IMG/VR virus record: IMGVR_UViG_3300043447_000068
Span: 1 to 64,000 of that record
Length of the DNA: 64,000 bases
Direction: 5' to 3' (one strand)
Origin: a virus
Lineage: Duplodnaviria > Caudoviricetes
Within the stretch, counting starts at the first letter, position 1. The number at the start of each line of letters is the position of its first letter. Shown here piece after piece: positions 1 to 6,358 of this stretch. Position numbers and translations under genes: made by a program. The notes beneath the pieces are model-generated. The model ran no database searches, was not told the origin of the DNA, and saw only the letters and a list, made by a program, of their open reading frames with translations.

Positions 1-3
1 TTG

Positions 4-74
4 CTTTCCCCCCTGGATTCGAACCAGGAATATCTGAGTCAAAGTCAGATGTGTTGCCGTTACACTAAGGGAAA
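4..74 (-). tRNA. tRNA-Gln(UUG)
   Basis: Cloverleaf folded by hand: acceptor TTTCCCT/GGGGAAA, anticodon loop CT-TTG-AC, T loop TTCGAAT; CCA not encoded. Confidence 0.93.
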
Positions 75-79
75 ATGTG

Positions 80-150
80 CTCCCAGATCTGGATTCGAAC
101 CAAAACAAACAGAGTCAGAGTCTGTTGTGCTACCGTTACACCATCTGGGA
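80..150 (-). tRNA. tRNA-Gln(CUG)
   Basis: Acceptor TCCCAGA/TCTGGGA, anticodon loop CT-CTG-AC, T loop TTCGAAT. Confidence 0.93.
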
Positions 151-151
151 A

Positions 152-238
152 TGGCGGAAACAGTAGGATTCGAACCTACGGGGCTGTTACACCCACGGTT
201 TAGCAAACCGCTGCAATGGACCACTCTGCCATATTTCC
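152..238 (-). tRNA. tRNA-Ser(GCU)
   Basis: Acceptor GGAAATA/TGTTTCC, G73, encoded CCA, loop TT-GCT-AA, long variable arm. Confidence 0.92.
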
Positions 239-325
239 AATTCCTAGCATATTGGCTACTAATACCTAGGACTGTTGGGTGTGCATTACTTTCGCAATTG
301 CACTCTTTTAAGAGTGTAGCCACCG
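239..325 (-). ncRNA. Candidate structured RNA A (tRNA spacer)
   Basis: Stems GGCTAC/GTAGCC, CACTCTT/AAGAGTG, ATTGC-GAAA-GTAAT, TCCTAG/CTAGGA; not a cloverleaf. Confidence 0.4.
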
Positions 326-398
326 TGCTTCCCGTGAGATTTGAACTCACACTTTGTAGCTTCTAAGACTACTGCCTCTACCGTTGGGCTAGAGAAGC
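326..398 (-). tRNA. tRNA-Leu(UAG), short variable loop
   Basis: Acceptor GCTTCTC/GGGAAGC, A73, loop CT-TAG-AA, 5-nt variable loop AAAGT. Confidence 0.88.
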
Positions 399-399
399 G

Positions 400-470
400 T
401 AGTCCATAAGAGAATCGAACTCCTGTCTACTGGATGTAAGCCAGCTGCTCTACCATTGAGCTAATGGACT
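400..470 (-). tRNA. tRNA-Val(UAC)
   Basis: Acceptor AGTCCAT/ATGGACT, loop CT-TAC-AT. Confidence 0.9.
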
Positions 471-474
471 GCTG

Positions 475-547
475 TGGATCTTAGGAGAATCGAACTCCTA
501 GCCTTCTGGATGCAAACCAGACGCTCTCCCAATTGAGCTAAAGACCC
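475..547 (-). tRNA. tRNA-Ala(UGC)
   Basis: Acceptor GGGTCTT/AAGATCC with the G3-U70 Ala determinant, loop TT-TGC-AT. Confidence 0.93.
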
Positions 548-621
548 TGGGGTGACACGAGGGAATTGAACCCTCATTCCTTGGACCACAACCAAGCGTT
601 CTACCATTGAACTAGTGCCAC
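548..621 (-). tRNA. tRNA-His(GUG)
   Basis: Acceptor GTGGCAC/GTGTCAC, C73, encoded CCA, loop TT-GTG-GT; genomic base at -1 is T, not G. Confidence 0.92.
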
Positions 622-623
622 AG

Positions 624-703
624 TCCCTGCTGTTGGAATCGAACCAACCATGCTAGCAAGCGAGAGATTTACAGTCTCCGTCCACACCTTGTGGATAGCA
701 GGG
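624..703 (-). tRNA. tRNA-Tyr(GUA), atypical (C1:G72, short D loop)
   Basis: Acceptor CCCTGCT/AGCAGGG, A73, loop CT-GTA-AA, variable arm present, T loop TTCGATT. Confidence 0.85.
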
Positions 704-708
704 TAACG

Positions 709-780
709 TACCAATAAAAGGATTCGAACCTTTGACCGATGGCTTCGTAGGCCATTGCTCTTCCGCTGAGCTATATTGGT
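709..780 (-). tRNA. tRNA-Arg(ACG)
   Basis: Acceptor ACCAATA/TATTGGT, loop CT-ACG-AA. Confidence 0.92.
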
Positions 781-784
781 AAAG

Positions 785-856
785 TCTAGATGGCAGGGTT
801 CGAACCTACGGTCTCCTGTTCCCAAAACAGGCGTGATACCACTTCACTACATCCAG
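785..856 (-). tRNA. tRNA-Pro(UGG)
   Basis: Acceptor CTGGATG/CATCTAG, A73, loop TT-TGG-GA. Confidence 0.92.
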
Positions 857-857
857 T

Positions 858-935
858 TGGTTGCGGAGGTGGGATTTGAACCCACGACCTTCAGCTTATG
901 AGGCTGCTGAGCTGTCCTAACTGCTCTACTCCGCA
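858..935 (-). tRNA. tRNA-Met(CAU), initiator-like body
   Basis: TGCGGAG-TA-GAGC start, loop CT-CAT-AA, encoded CCA; no GGG/CCC anticodon stem. Confidence 0.9.
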
Positions 936-941
936 ATGTAC

Positions 942-970
942 ATTATACTTCTTCTCTATTTAATTGTCAA
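942..970 (-). promoter_or_regulatory. Consensus sigma70/SigA promoter driving the distal tRNA block
   Basis: TTGACA (970-965), 17-nt spacer, TATAAT (947-942), immediately upstream of tRNA-Met. Confidence 0.9.
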
Positions 971-971
971 G

Positions 972-1044
972 TCCTAACACTTGGAATCGAACCAAGAACC
1001 TTCTGTGCTTCAAACAGACGCTCTACCAATTGAGCTATATCAGG
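972..1044 (-). tRNA. tRNA-Phe(GAA)
   Basis: Acceptor CCTGATA/TGTTAGG, loop TT-GAA-GC. Confidence 0.9.
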
Positions 1045-1118
1045 TGGCAAAGTATGTAGGAATCGAACCCACGCCAACAGGTTTGGAAGCTGTTGTGCTA
1101 CCACTACACCAATACGAT
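1045..1118 (-). tRNA. tRNA-Trp(CCA) with mismatched acceptor stem
   Basis: Loop TT-CCA-AA, G73, encoded CCA; acceptor ATCGTAT/ATACTTT has U2-U71 and C3-U70 mismatches. Confidence 0.8.
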
Positions 1119-1302
1119 ATGTTATGGAACTAACTGTTTGGTATTATATTAAATTATGATTGTTTGGATTGTTATTAGATAATCTATTTGTTTAAGCGAG
1201 TTAGATCAGATACTCGGCTGGAGGCTGGCAGGGTGCCAAGAGTACGCCAGACTAAATCGCACATGCGATTGCTGGTTTGAATACTTCATAGTTAGCTCCA
1301 TA
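1119..1302 (-). ncRNA. Candidate structured RNA or leader B, with a 27-codon mini-ORF
   Basis: 12-bp terminal stem (1290-1301 with 1124-1135), internal hairpins, own promoter. Confidence 0.4.
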
Positions 1303-1307
1303 GTTAT

Positions 1308-1316
1308 AGTATAGCA
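1308..1316 (-). promoter_or_regulatory. Extended -10 promoter overlapping an 8-bp inverted repeat (1311-1331)
   Basis: TGCTATACT; palindrome ATAGCATA-CTTTT-TATGCTAT. Confidence 0.6.
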
Positions 1317-1333
1317 TACTTTTTATGCTATAG

Positions 1334-1405
1334 TAGCCCCAACGGGAATCGAACCCGTCTTGCCAGATTGAAAATCTGGAGTCCTAACCGATAGACGATG
1401 GGGCC
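1334..1405 (-). tRNA. tRNA-Glu(UUC)
   Basis: Acceptor GGCCCCA/TGGGGCT, loop TT-TTC-AA. Confidence 0.92.
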
Positions 1406-1409
1406 AGAG

Positions 1410-1483
1410 AGCTACCTGTCGGATTCGAACCGACGACACCCTCATTACAAGTGAGGAACTCTGGCCAACTGAGCTAAGGTAGC
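1410..1483 (-). tRNA. tRNA-Thr(UGU)
   Basis: Acceptor GCTACCT/AGGTAGC, loop CT-TGT-AA. Confidence 0.92.
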
Positions 1484-1654
1484 ATTTGCCAATCGTGGTC
1501 ACCTTTTGGTTAAGGAACTATTCCCATTGGCTGTTATACCTAGTGGATTAGCAGAGCAATCTCCATCGGGCTGAACCCCTTCGTATGATGCGTCCACAGG
1601 GTAGGTTTCGGTATAACAATCTCCACATAAGTTGTTCAGACTTATGCTTCTGAG
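1484..1654 (-). ncRNA. Candidate structured RNA C
   Basis: Stems TGTTATACC/GGTATAACA, GTGGA/TCCAC, CATAAG/CTTATG, GCCAAT/ATTGGC. Confidence 0.45.
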
Positions 1655-1728
1655 CGATCCTGACCAGACTTGAACTGGCGACCCCTACCGTGACAGGGTA
1701 GTGCTCTAACCAACTGAGCTACAGGACC
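1655..1728 (-). tRNA. tRNA-Asp(GUC)
   Basis: Acceptor GGTCCTG/CAGGATC, G73, loop CT-GTC-AC. Confidence 0.93.
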
Positions 1729-1920
1729 AAAAGTGAGTAGGTGGATTGTCTATTACCACCAAGGAGAAGTCTAGATACCATTTATAGTACCGCCTTAATC
1801 CTACCAAAGCCTTGCTCCGCTAAGAGCAGGGACGCTAATCCCAGCCTTGTGCAATTCTCGCCCCATCTAGACAAGGGACTTCGTTCTGCCATACTCCAGG
1901 TTCTGATCAGGAACCTGTTT
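1729..1920 (-). ncRNA. Candidate structured RNA D
   Basis: Stems CAGGTTC/GAACCTG, GTCTAGAT/ATCTAGAC, GGTGG/CCACC and two hairpins with identical TTAGCG loops. Confidence 0.45.
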
Positions 1921-1921
1921 G

Positions 1922-1994
1922 CTGCCCCACCTGGGATCGAACCAGGGACCTGCCGATTAACAGTCGGACGCTCTGCCAGCTGAGCTATAGGGCA
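1922..1994 (-). tRNA. tRNA-Asn(GUU)
   Basis: Acceptor TGCCCTA/TGGGGCA, G73, loop CT-GTT-AA. Confidence 0.93.
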
Positions 1995-2034
1995 TTGTGT
2001 CCGTTAAGGATGGACTTCCTATTTGGTTATAATA

Positions 2035-2838
2035 CTATGGTATCACAAACACAATACCCTTGTCAAGTTTTTCTGACAAATATTTTGCTGCAACTCCTGC
2101 AGTAGCAGAAGAAGTTGTCTGCGGAATTTGTCCAAAAACATTTGACTTGTAAGAGAATTTGTTTGCTGGTAGTGAGCCAATGACATCAGTATAGCTGTCA
2201 CGACTTGATGCAGGAATATAAGATCCTCCAACGCCTGAGCCAACTGATACTGTATCTACAATACATGCTGGATATGATACTGGCTTAGACGGACCATTGT
2301 TTCCCGTTGCTGCAAAAAATGGAATACCAGCAGACTTCAGTGACGCAATGCTTGATCTAATTTGTGGATCAACAAGCGTAACATTTGTTAGTCCTGTTGC
2401 TGAAAGCTTACATTCACCCAACTTGGTCATGTTACCACTAAGGCTATATGAGAATGAAACTGCTCCAACTAGGGCATTGTTCTGCTCTACCCACTTAAGT
2501 GCAGATAGCAGGGTATTACCATTAACCCCTGAAATGCTTCCAAACTTTGAAACTTGTGATGCACGAATTACAATCAGGTTTAGCGATGGGTTTTGCTTCA
2601 AAGCAATCTCTGCCATAGCTGTACCATGATTAGCAGCATCTGAAACAGCCTTTGATGGTGTTGCATTGCTAACGCATCCATCAGCAACCACGCAGATCTG
2701 CTTTGCTGAAGTTGGCAATTTAGATAGATCAAAATAACTATCAATAATTACAAGCGACTTTGAATCAGCTGATGCCTGTGTTGGAATTGCTGTAAGTGAA
2801 ATGGCAGCAACGATTGCTGCATAAATAATTTTCTTCAT
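2035..2838 (-). CDS. Secreted subtilisin-like (S8) serine protease
   Basis: Signal peptide MKKIIYAA...AQA; triad motifs IIDS, NHGTAMA, TTSSAT; oxyanion ATGNNG; start moved to the MKK ATG. Confidence 0.75.
   Translation of the reverse strand: MKKIIYAAIVAAISLTAIPTQASADSKSLVIIDSYFDLSKLPTSAKQICVVADGCVSNATPSKAVSDAANHGTAMAEIALKQNPSLNLIVIRASQVSKFGSISGVNGNTLLSALKWVEQNNALVGAVSFSYSLSGNMTKLGECKLSATGLTNVTLVDPQIRSSIASLKSAGIPFFAATGNNGPSKPVSYPACIVDTVSVGSGVGGSYIPASSRDSYTDVIGSLPANKFSYKSNVFGQIPQTTSSATAGVAAKYLSEKLDKGIVFVIP
2037..2066 (-). promoter_or_regulatory. Sigma70-type promoter for the tRNA array
   Basis: TTGACA, 18-nt spacer, TACCAT with TG extension, upstream of tRNA-Asn. Confidence 0.6.
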
Positions 2839-2854
2839 ACCCTTGTTCTCTCTA

Positions 2855-3049
2855 TTATAGTATTTTAACAACTGGGGCACACGGGTCTCCGCCGTCTTCC
2901 CATTCTTTTTCTTCTTCTTCTGTCATGTACGGATCTCCGTCATGTGTAAAGCAAAAAGGCTCAGTTACCCAGCCCTTGTCAATACCAACCTGTAGCCATT
3001 GCCACATGTCTTCTTCATTTAGCACAATTGCATCTTTATTATCTTCCAT
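2855..3049 (-). CDS. Hypothetical protein
   Basis: 64-aa ORF with AGGA-type RBS. Confidence 0.6.
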   Translation of the reverse strand: MEDNKDAIVLNEEDMWQWLQVGIDKGWVTEPFCFTHDGDPYMTEEEEKEWEDGGDPCAPVVKIL

Positions 3050-3064
3050 ACCTATATCCTATCA

Positions 3065-3586
3065 TTAAATGCTGACAATGTCAACTGGGCCCTGACAAGA
3101 AGTTGAGAATTTTATTGCTGCACCTACAGCACCAGTAACTCTCTTGCGTGTGTCTTTTAGATTCTCAGTAGCGTGCATGTACCCATAAGCATACTCTGCC
3201 CCTGATCCCATAGCGATATAGTCGTGCATGTATTGGTTTAGTGACATGTCTACTGCATTGTGTTCGTATATCTTTCCACGAATTGCAATAACTAATCCAA
3301 AGTCAGATTCATTTGATACATCTACCCACCAATTTTCATAGAACACACGAAGTGCAATAAGAAAATCTGTATACATAAACTTATCCAAGTCACCCTTTGG
3401 TGTTGGTGGCTTGAAGTTATGCTTCATTCTGTCGCCATCCATAGAGCCACAATATCCAAATAGATATTCCCCATGCTTCCAAACCTTTGGACTGGTCAAT
3501 GATAGAATCATGTTATTTTCAGAAGCACCACGATCACCAGCCATAAACATTTTGTCTTCTTGGCGTGCTACAACAATACAGGTCAT
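3065..3586 (-). CDS. HslV/proteasome-beta-like Ntn hydrolase
   Basis: N-terminal MTCIV (Thr nucleophile), AGD and AMGSG motifs; start moved to ATG at 3586. Confidence 0.75.
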   Translation of the reverse strand: MTCIVVARQEDKMFMAGDRGASENNMILSLTSPKVWKHGEYLFGYCGSMDGDRMKHNFKPPTPKGDLDKFMYTDFLIALRVFYENWWVDVSNESDFGLVIAIRGKIYEHNAVDMSLNQYMHDYIAMGSGAEYAYGYMHATENLKDTRKRVTGAVGAAIKFSTSCQGPVDIVSI

Positions 3587-3617
3587 GAGAAATCCCCTAG
3601 CTCTAGATACTATACTA

Positions 3618-3646
3618 AGTATACACGAACTAGGGGACTTTGTCAA
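3618..3646 (-). promoter_or_regulatory. Sigma70 promoter
   Basis: TTGACA (3646-3641), 17-nt spacer, TATACT (3623-3618). Confidence 0.85.
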
Positions 3647-3663
3647 TTGACCCCAAATAATGA

Positions 3664-3954
3664 CTATTTAACTTGTTTTTTATCTACTGTAGCAAAAGCG
3701 TCATTAATTTCAGCGATTGTAAGCTTGCCATCATCAAGAAATGCTCTTGCGAGCTTCTCAACTACTGTGGCCACACCTAGCAAACCTGCAAGAAACACTG
3801 CCTGTGCGGTATCAATACCTACTACAGCTCCTGCACCAAGGACTCCAAGACCGTTTGCAGCAAATACTGCAACGATTCTCATGAGAACATTAGACAAGGC
3901 CTTCTGACCCTGGGGTTTTGCTGGCACTGTTCCTGCTTCTTTTTTAGTTGCCAT
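3664..3954 (-). CDS. Small membrane protein, possible holin
   Basis: Two hydrophobic segments, charged termini. Confidence 0.5.
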   Translation of the reverse strand: MATKKEAGTVPAKPQGQKALSNVLMRIVAVFAANGLGVLGAGAVVGIDTAQAVFLAGLLGVATVVEKLARAFLDDGKLTIAEINDAFATVDKKQVK

Positions 3955-4127
3955 TAGTCTTCCTCTTCTCTATTTCTAATCGGATAGGTAACAACCCATG
4001 CGAACAGGGTTCCTAATATCGCATACCCAACGATTGTCTTGGCACTACCATCAAGAACCACCCAAGCAATAAACATGCCTAGGAGTGTCCAGAGTTGGTC
4101 TACCATATCTTTAAAGAATTTAACCAT
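3954..4127 (-). CDS. 57-aa two-TM membrane protein (not in ORF track)
   Basis: Hand translation MVKFFKDMVDQLWTLLGMFIAWVVLDGSAKTIVGYAILGTLFAWVVTYPIRNREEED; TAATG coupling to the next gene. Confidence 0.75.
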   Translation of the reverse strand: MVKFFKDMVDQLWTLLGMFIAWVVLDGSAKTIVGYAILGTLFAWVVTYPIRNREEED

Positions 4128-4129
4128 TC

Positions 4130-6358
4130 TTATTGTCTCCTTGTATTGTTAGACCCACCTGTAGTACCACCTGATGAAGCAACAGAAACTGCATTCATAG
4201 CTGCACCTGCAGCCACTACTGTTGCTACTACCATGTGTTGAGCCTCTTCTCTCTCAGCTGGGCTCATATCTGCACCAATAGATCCAAGGGCAGCAATAGC
4301 TGCTCCTGGGTCAGACAGCAATTCTCCTACGAATGCTGCTGGGTCAGAAATCAATTCAATGTTTGCTGCTACTACAGCAGTGATAACTACGGCATTTCCA
4401 TTCTCATCAGTTCTAACATCAACTGGTGTTTGTGGTGGTAGATCAGAGTAGGATATACCTGCTGCCTGTATCTGTTCACTAGACAATGCCTCTCCTGGCT
4501 TAAGGTCTTCTACTAGAGATGAAACAATTGCTTCCTTCTCTGCTTCTGTAACTACCCCGTCTGCCTGAGCATCATCAACAATGTTTTCAGTTTTTGCTGC
4601 TTCTTCAGCAGCTTTTTCTTCAGCCTCTAGCCTTGCTTTTTCTTCAGCTAGTCTCTCTGCTTCTGCAAGTTTTTCTGCTTCTATTCTTTCTGCCTCAAGC
4701 TTTGCAGCCTCTTCTGCAGCCAATCTTTCTGCCTCTAGTCTTGCCTCTTCCTCAGCTTTAGCCAATGCTTCTGCTTCTGCTTTAGCTTTAGCCTCTGCTT
4801 CTGCAGCAAGCCTTGCCTCTTCTTCAAGTCTTAGTCGCTCTTCTTCTGCTGCTTTAGCTTCTGCTTCAAGTCTGAGTCTCTCTTCTTCTGCAGCTTTTGC
4901 TTCAGCAGCTAATCTTTCTGCTTCTGCCTTTGCAGCTGCTTCTGCAGCAGCTCTAGCTTCAGCTTCTAGCCTAAGTCTTTCTGCCTCTGCCCTTGCTGCA
5001 GCCTCTGCTGCCAATCTAGCTTGCTCTGCAGCTATGGCAGCTTGTCTAGCAGCCTCTTCTGCTGCTGACTGCTGTGCAATAACAGTAGACAAATTGCTAA
5101 CTGATCCACTTGCATTTTGAACTGCTGAAACTGCAATTGCTGACAAGTTAACGGCTGTTGCTATTGCCTGATTGGCATCTTGAATTGCAACCTCTTGTTC
5201 AGCCTGTGCTGATACAACTGCTTCTTCTGCAATAGCAACTTCAAATGTGGCTAAAGATACTTGGTCTAATGATTCATTTTCAATTTGAATTAGGCTATTC
5301 AACAATGTATTGCTAGACTGTAATTGATTATTTGCATCTGCCAAGCTTTGTACCTGTTGCTGTGTTGGGCTTGAGGTAGTTCTAGAAAAAGCTGTTGTAG
5401 GTACTATTGCCCAATTATTACCCTGAGTCCACAGAAGGTGAACATTAGCTCCCCCACCATTTTCATAGTAGTAAAGAGTCATTGGTATTGGCTGACCTGC
5501 CTGCACATTATATGTAACAGTTGATCCACCACCACCCTTGTCATACCAGTCATTGATAACTGTTTCTCCATTTAGCTTTAAGATAACGCCATCATCTGCT
5601 GGGGCAGACAAAGCAATTGTTCCAGTGTATTGAGATGTGATATTACCACTAAACTTAACAATGAAGTCTTCTGCAATTAAGTTAAATGCTGCACCACCAC
5701 CCCAATCAAAACTGATCTGTGTTACGGTGGTTGTGTATACTGGTGATCTACCAATCTGCTCTGGAAGTGGTGGAGCATTGTTGTATCCACCCATGTTGTA
5801 AATTTCTGCCTTAAGGCCAGATGACAACCCTATTGTTTGATCAATAGCAGTCTGAACTGATTGAACATTCTGAATGTCTGTTGCAACTACAACTTCTTGT
5901 GCATCAACATTTGAAGATGCTTCTGCTAGATCTGCTGTAGCATCTACCAAGTTATCTTGAGCATCATTCAAGTTAGACTCTGCCTGAGTTACCGTTACTG
6001 TGGCACCATCTGCCACGGAAATTTTAATATTAGCTTGCTCTACAGCTGTTTCTGCAGAATCCACAGCATTAGCAGCAACCTCAATTGCTTGTGTTGCCGT
6101 AGTGATTGCTGAGGAGATTGCCTCTGTTACTGATACTGAGCCTGATCTTTGTACTGCTGATTCCATATTTTGAGAAACAACTACTAGGTCAGCGTTGGCT
6201 GTTTGTACCTGGACAACTACTGTTGACAAACCCCCTTCTTGAACAACAGTTACGGTAGCAGAATTCACCACTTCATCAGCAGATGCAGCAGCGAGTGGCC
6301 AGAGTGTCATCACTCCAGTTAGCATAAGTAGGGCAAAGATTGCCCAGGACTTCTTCAA
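4130..6358 (-). CDS. Exported PA14-domain protein with long Glu/Ala coiled coil
   Basis: Signal peptide; PA14-like segment (WGGG...ADDG...VINDW...YYENGGGA); EAERLA-type repeats; hydrophobic C-terminal region. Confidence 0.75.
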   Translation of the reverse strand: MKKSWAIFALLMLTGVMTLWPLAAASADEVVNSATVTVVQEGGLSTVVVQVQTANADLVVVSQNMESAVQRSGSVSVTEAISSAITTATQAIEVAANAVDSAETAVEQANIKISVADGATVTVTQAESNLNDAQDNLVDATADLAEASSNVDAQEVVVATDIQNVQSVQTAIDQTIGLSSGLKAEIYNMGGYNNAPPLPEQIGRSPVYTTTVTQISFDWGGGAAFNLIAEDFIVKFSGNITSQYTGTIALSAPADDGVILKLNGETVINDWYDKGGGGSTVTYNVQAGQPIPMTLYYYENGGGANVHLLWTQGNNWAIVPTTAFSRTTSSPTQQQVQSLADANNQLQSSNTLLNSLIQIENESLDQVSLATFEVAIAEEAVVSAQAEQEVAIQDANQAIATAVNLSAIAVSAVQNASGSVSNLSTVIAQQSAAEEAARQAAIAAEQARLAAEAAARAEAERLRLEAEARAAAEAAAKAEAERLAAEAKAAEEERLRLEAEAKAAEEERLRLEEEARLAAEAEAKAKAEAEALAKAEEEARLEAERLAAEEAAKLEAERIEAEKLAEAERLAEEKARLEAEEKAAEEAAKTENIVDDAQADGVVTEAEKEAIVSSLVEDLKPGEALSSEQIQAAGISYSDLPPQTPVDVRTDENGNAVVITAVVAANIELISDPAAFVGELLSDPGAAIAALGSIGADMSPAEREEAQHMVVATVVAAGAAMNAVSVASSGGTTGGSNNTRRQ

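Noticed and set aside
239-325. Assignment as theta/HDV-like, hammerhead, twister or pistol ribozyme
   Set aside because: Conserved cores not found by eye (no room for HDV P3/L3, no CUGAUGA); kept only as an unclassified structured RNA
1729-1920. RNase P RNA, tmRNA or SRP RNA
   Set aside because: Only a faint GAAGTCC resemblance to RNase P; too short, no tRNA-like ends, no SRP core
1-2000. ORFs 1..366 (+), 60..350 (-), 601..825 (-), 1741..1983 (+)
   Set aside because: They overlap tRNA genes or structured spacers and give no recognisable protein
4581-5120. Plus-strand Ser/Ala-rich ORF and similar plus-strand ORFs (10020, 30263, 41509, 48918, 58669)
   Set aside because: Antisense shadows of low-complexity or biased minus-strand genes
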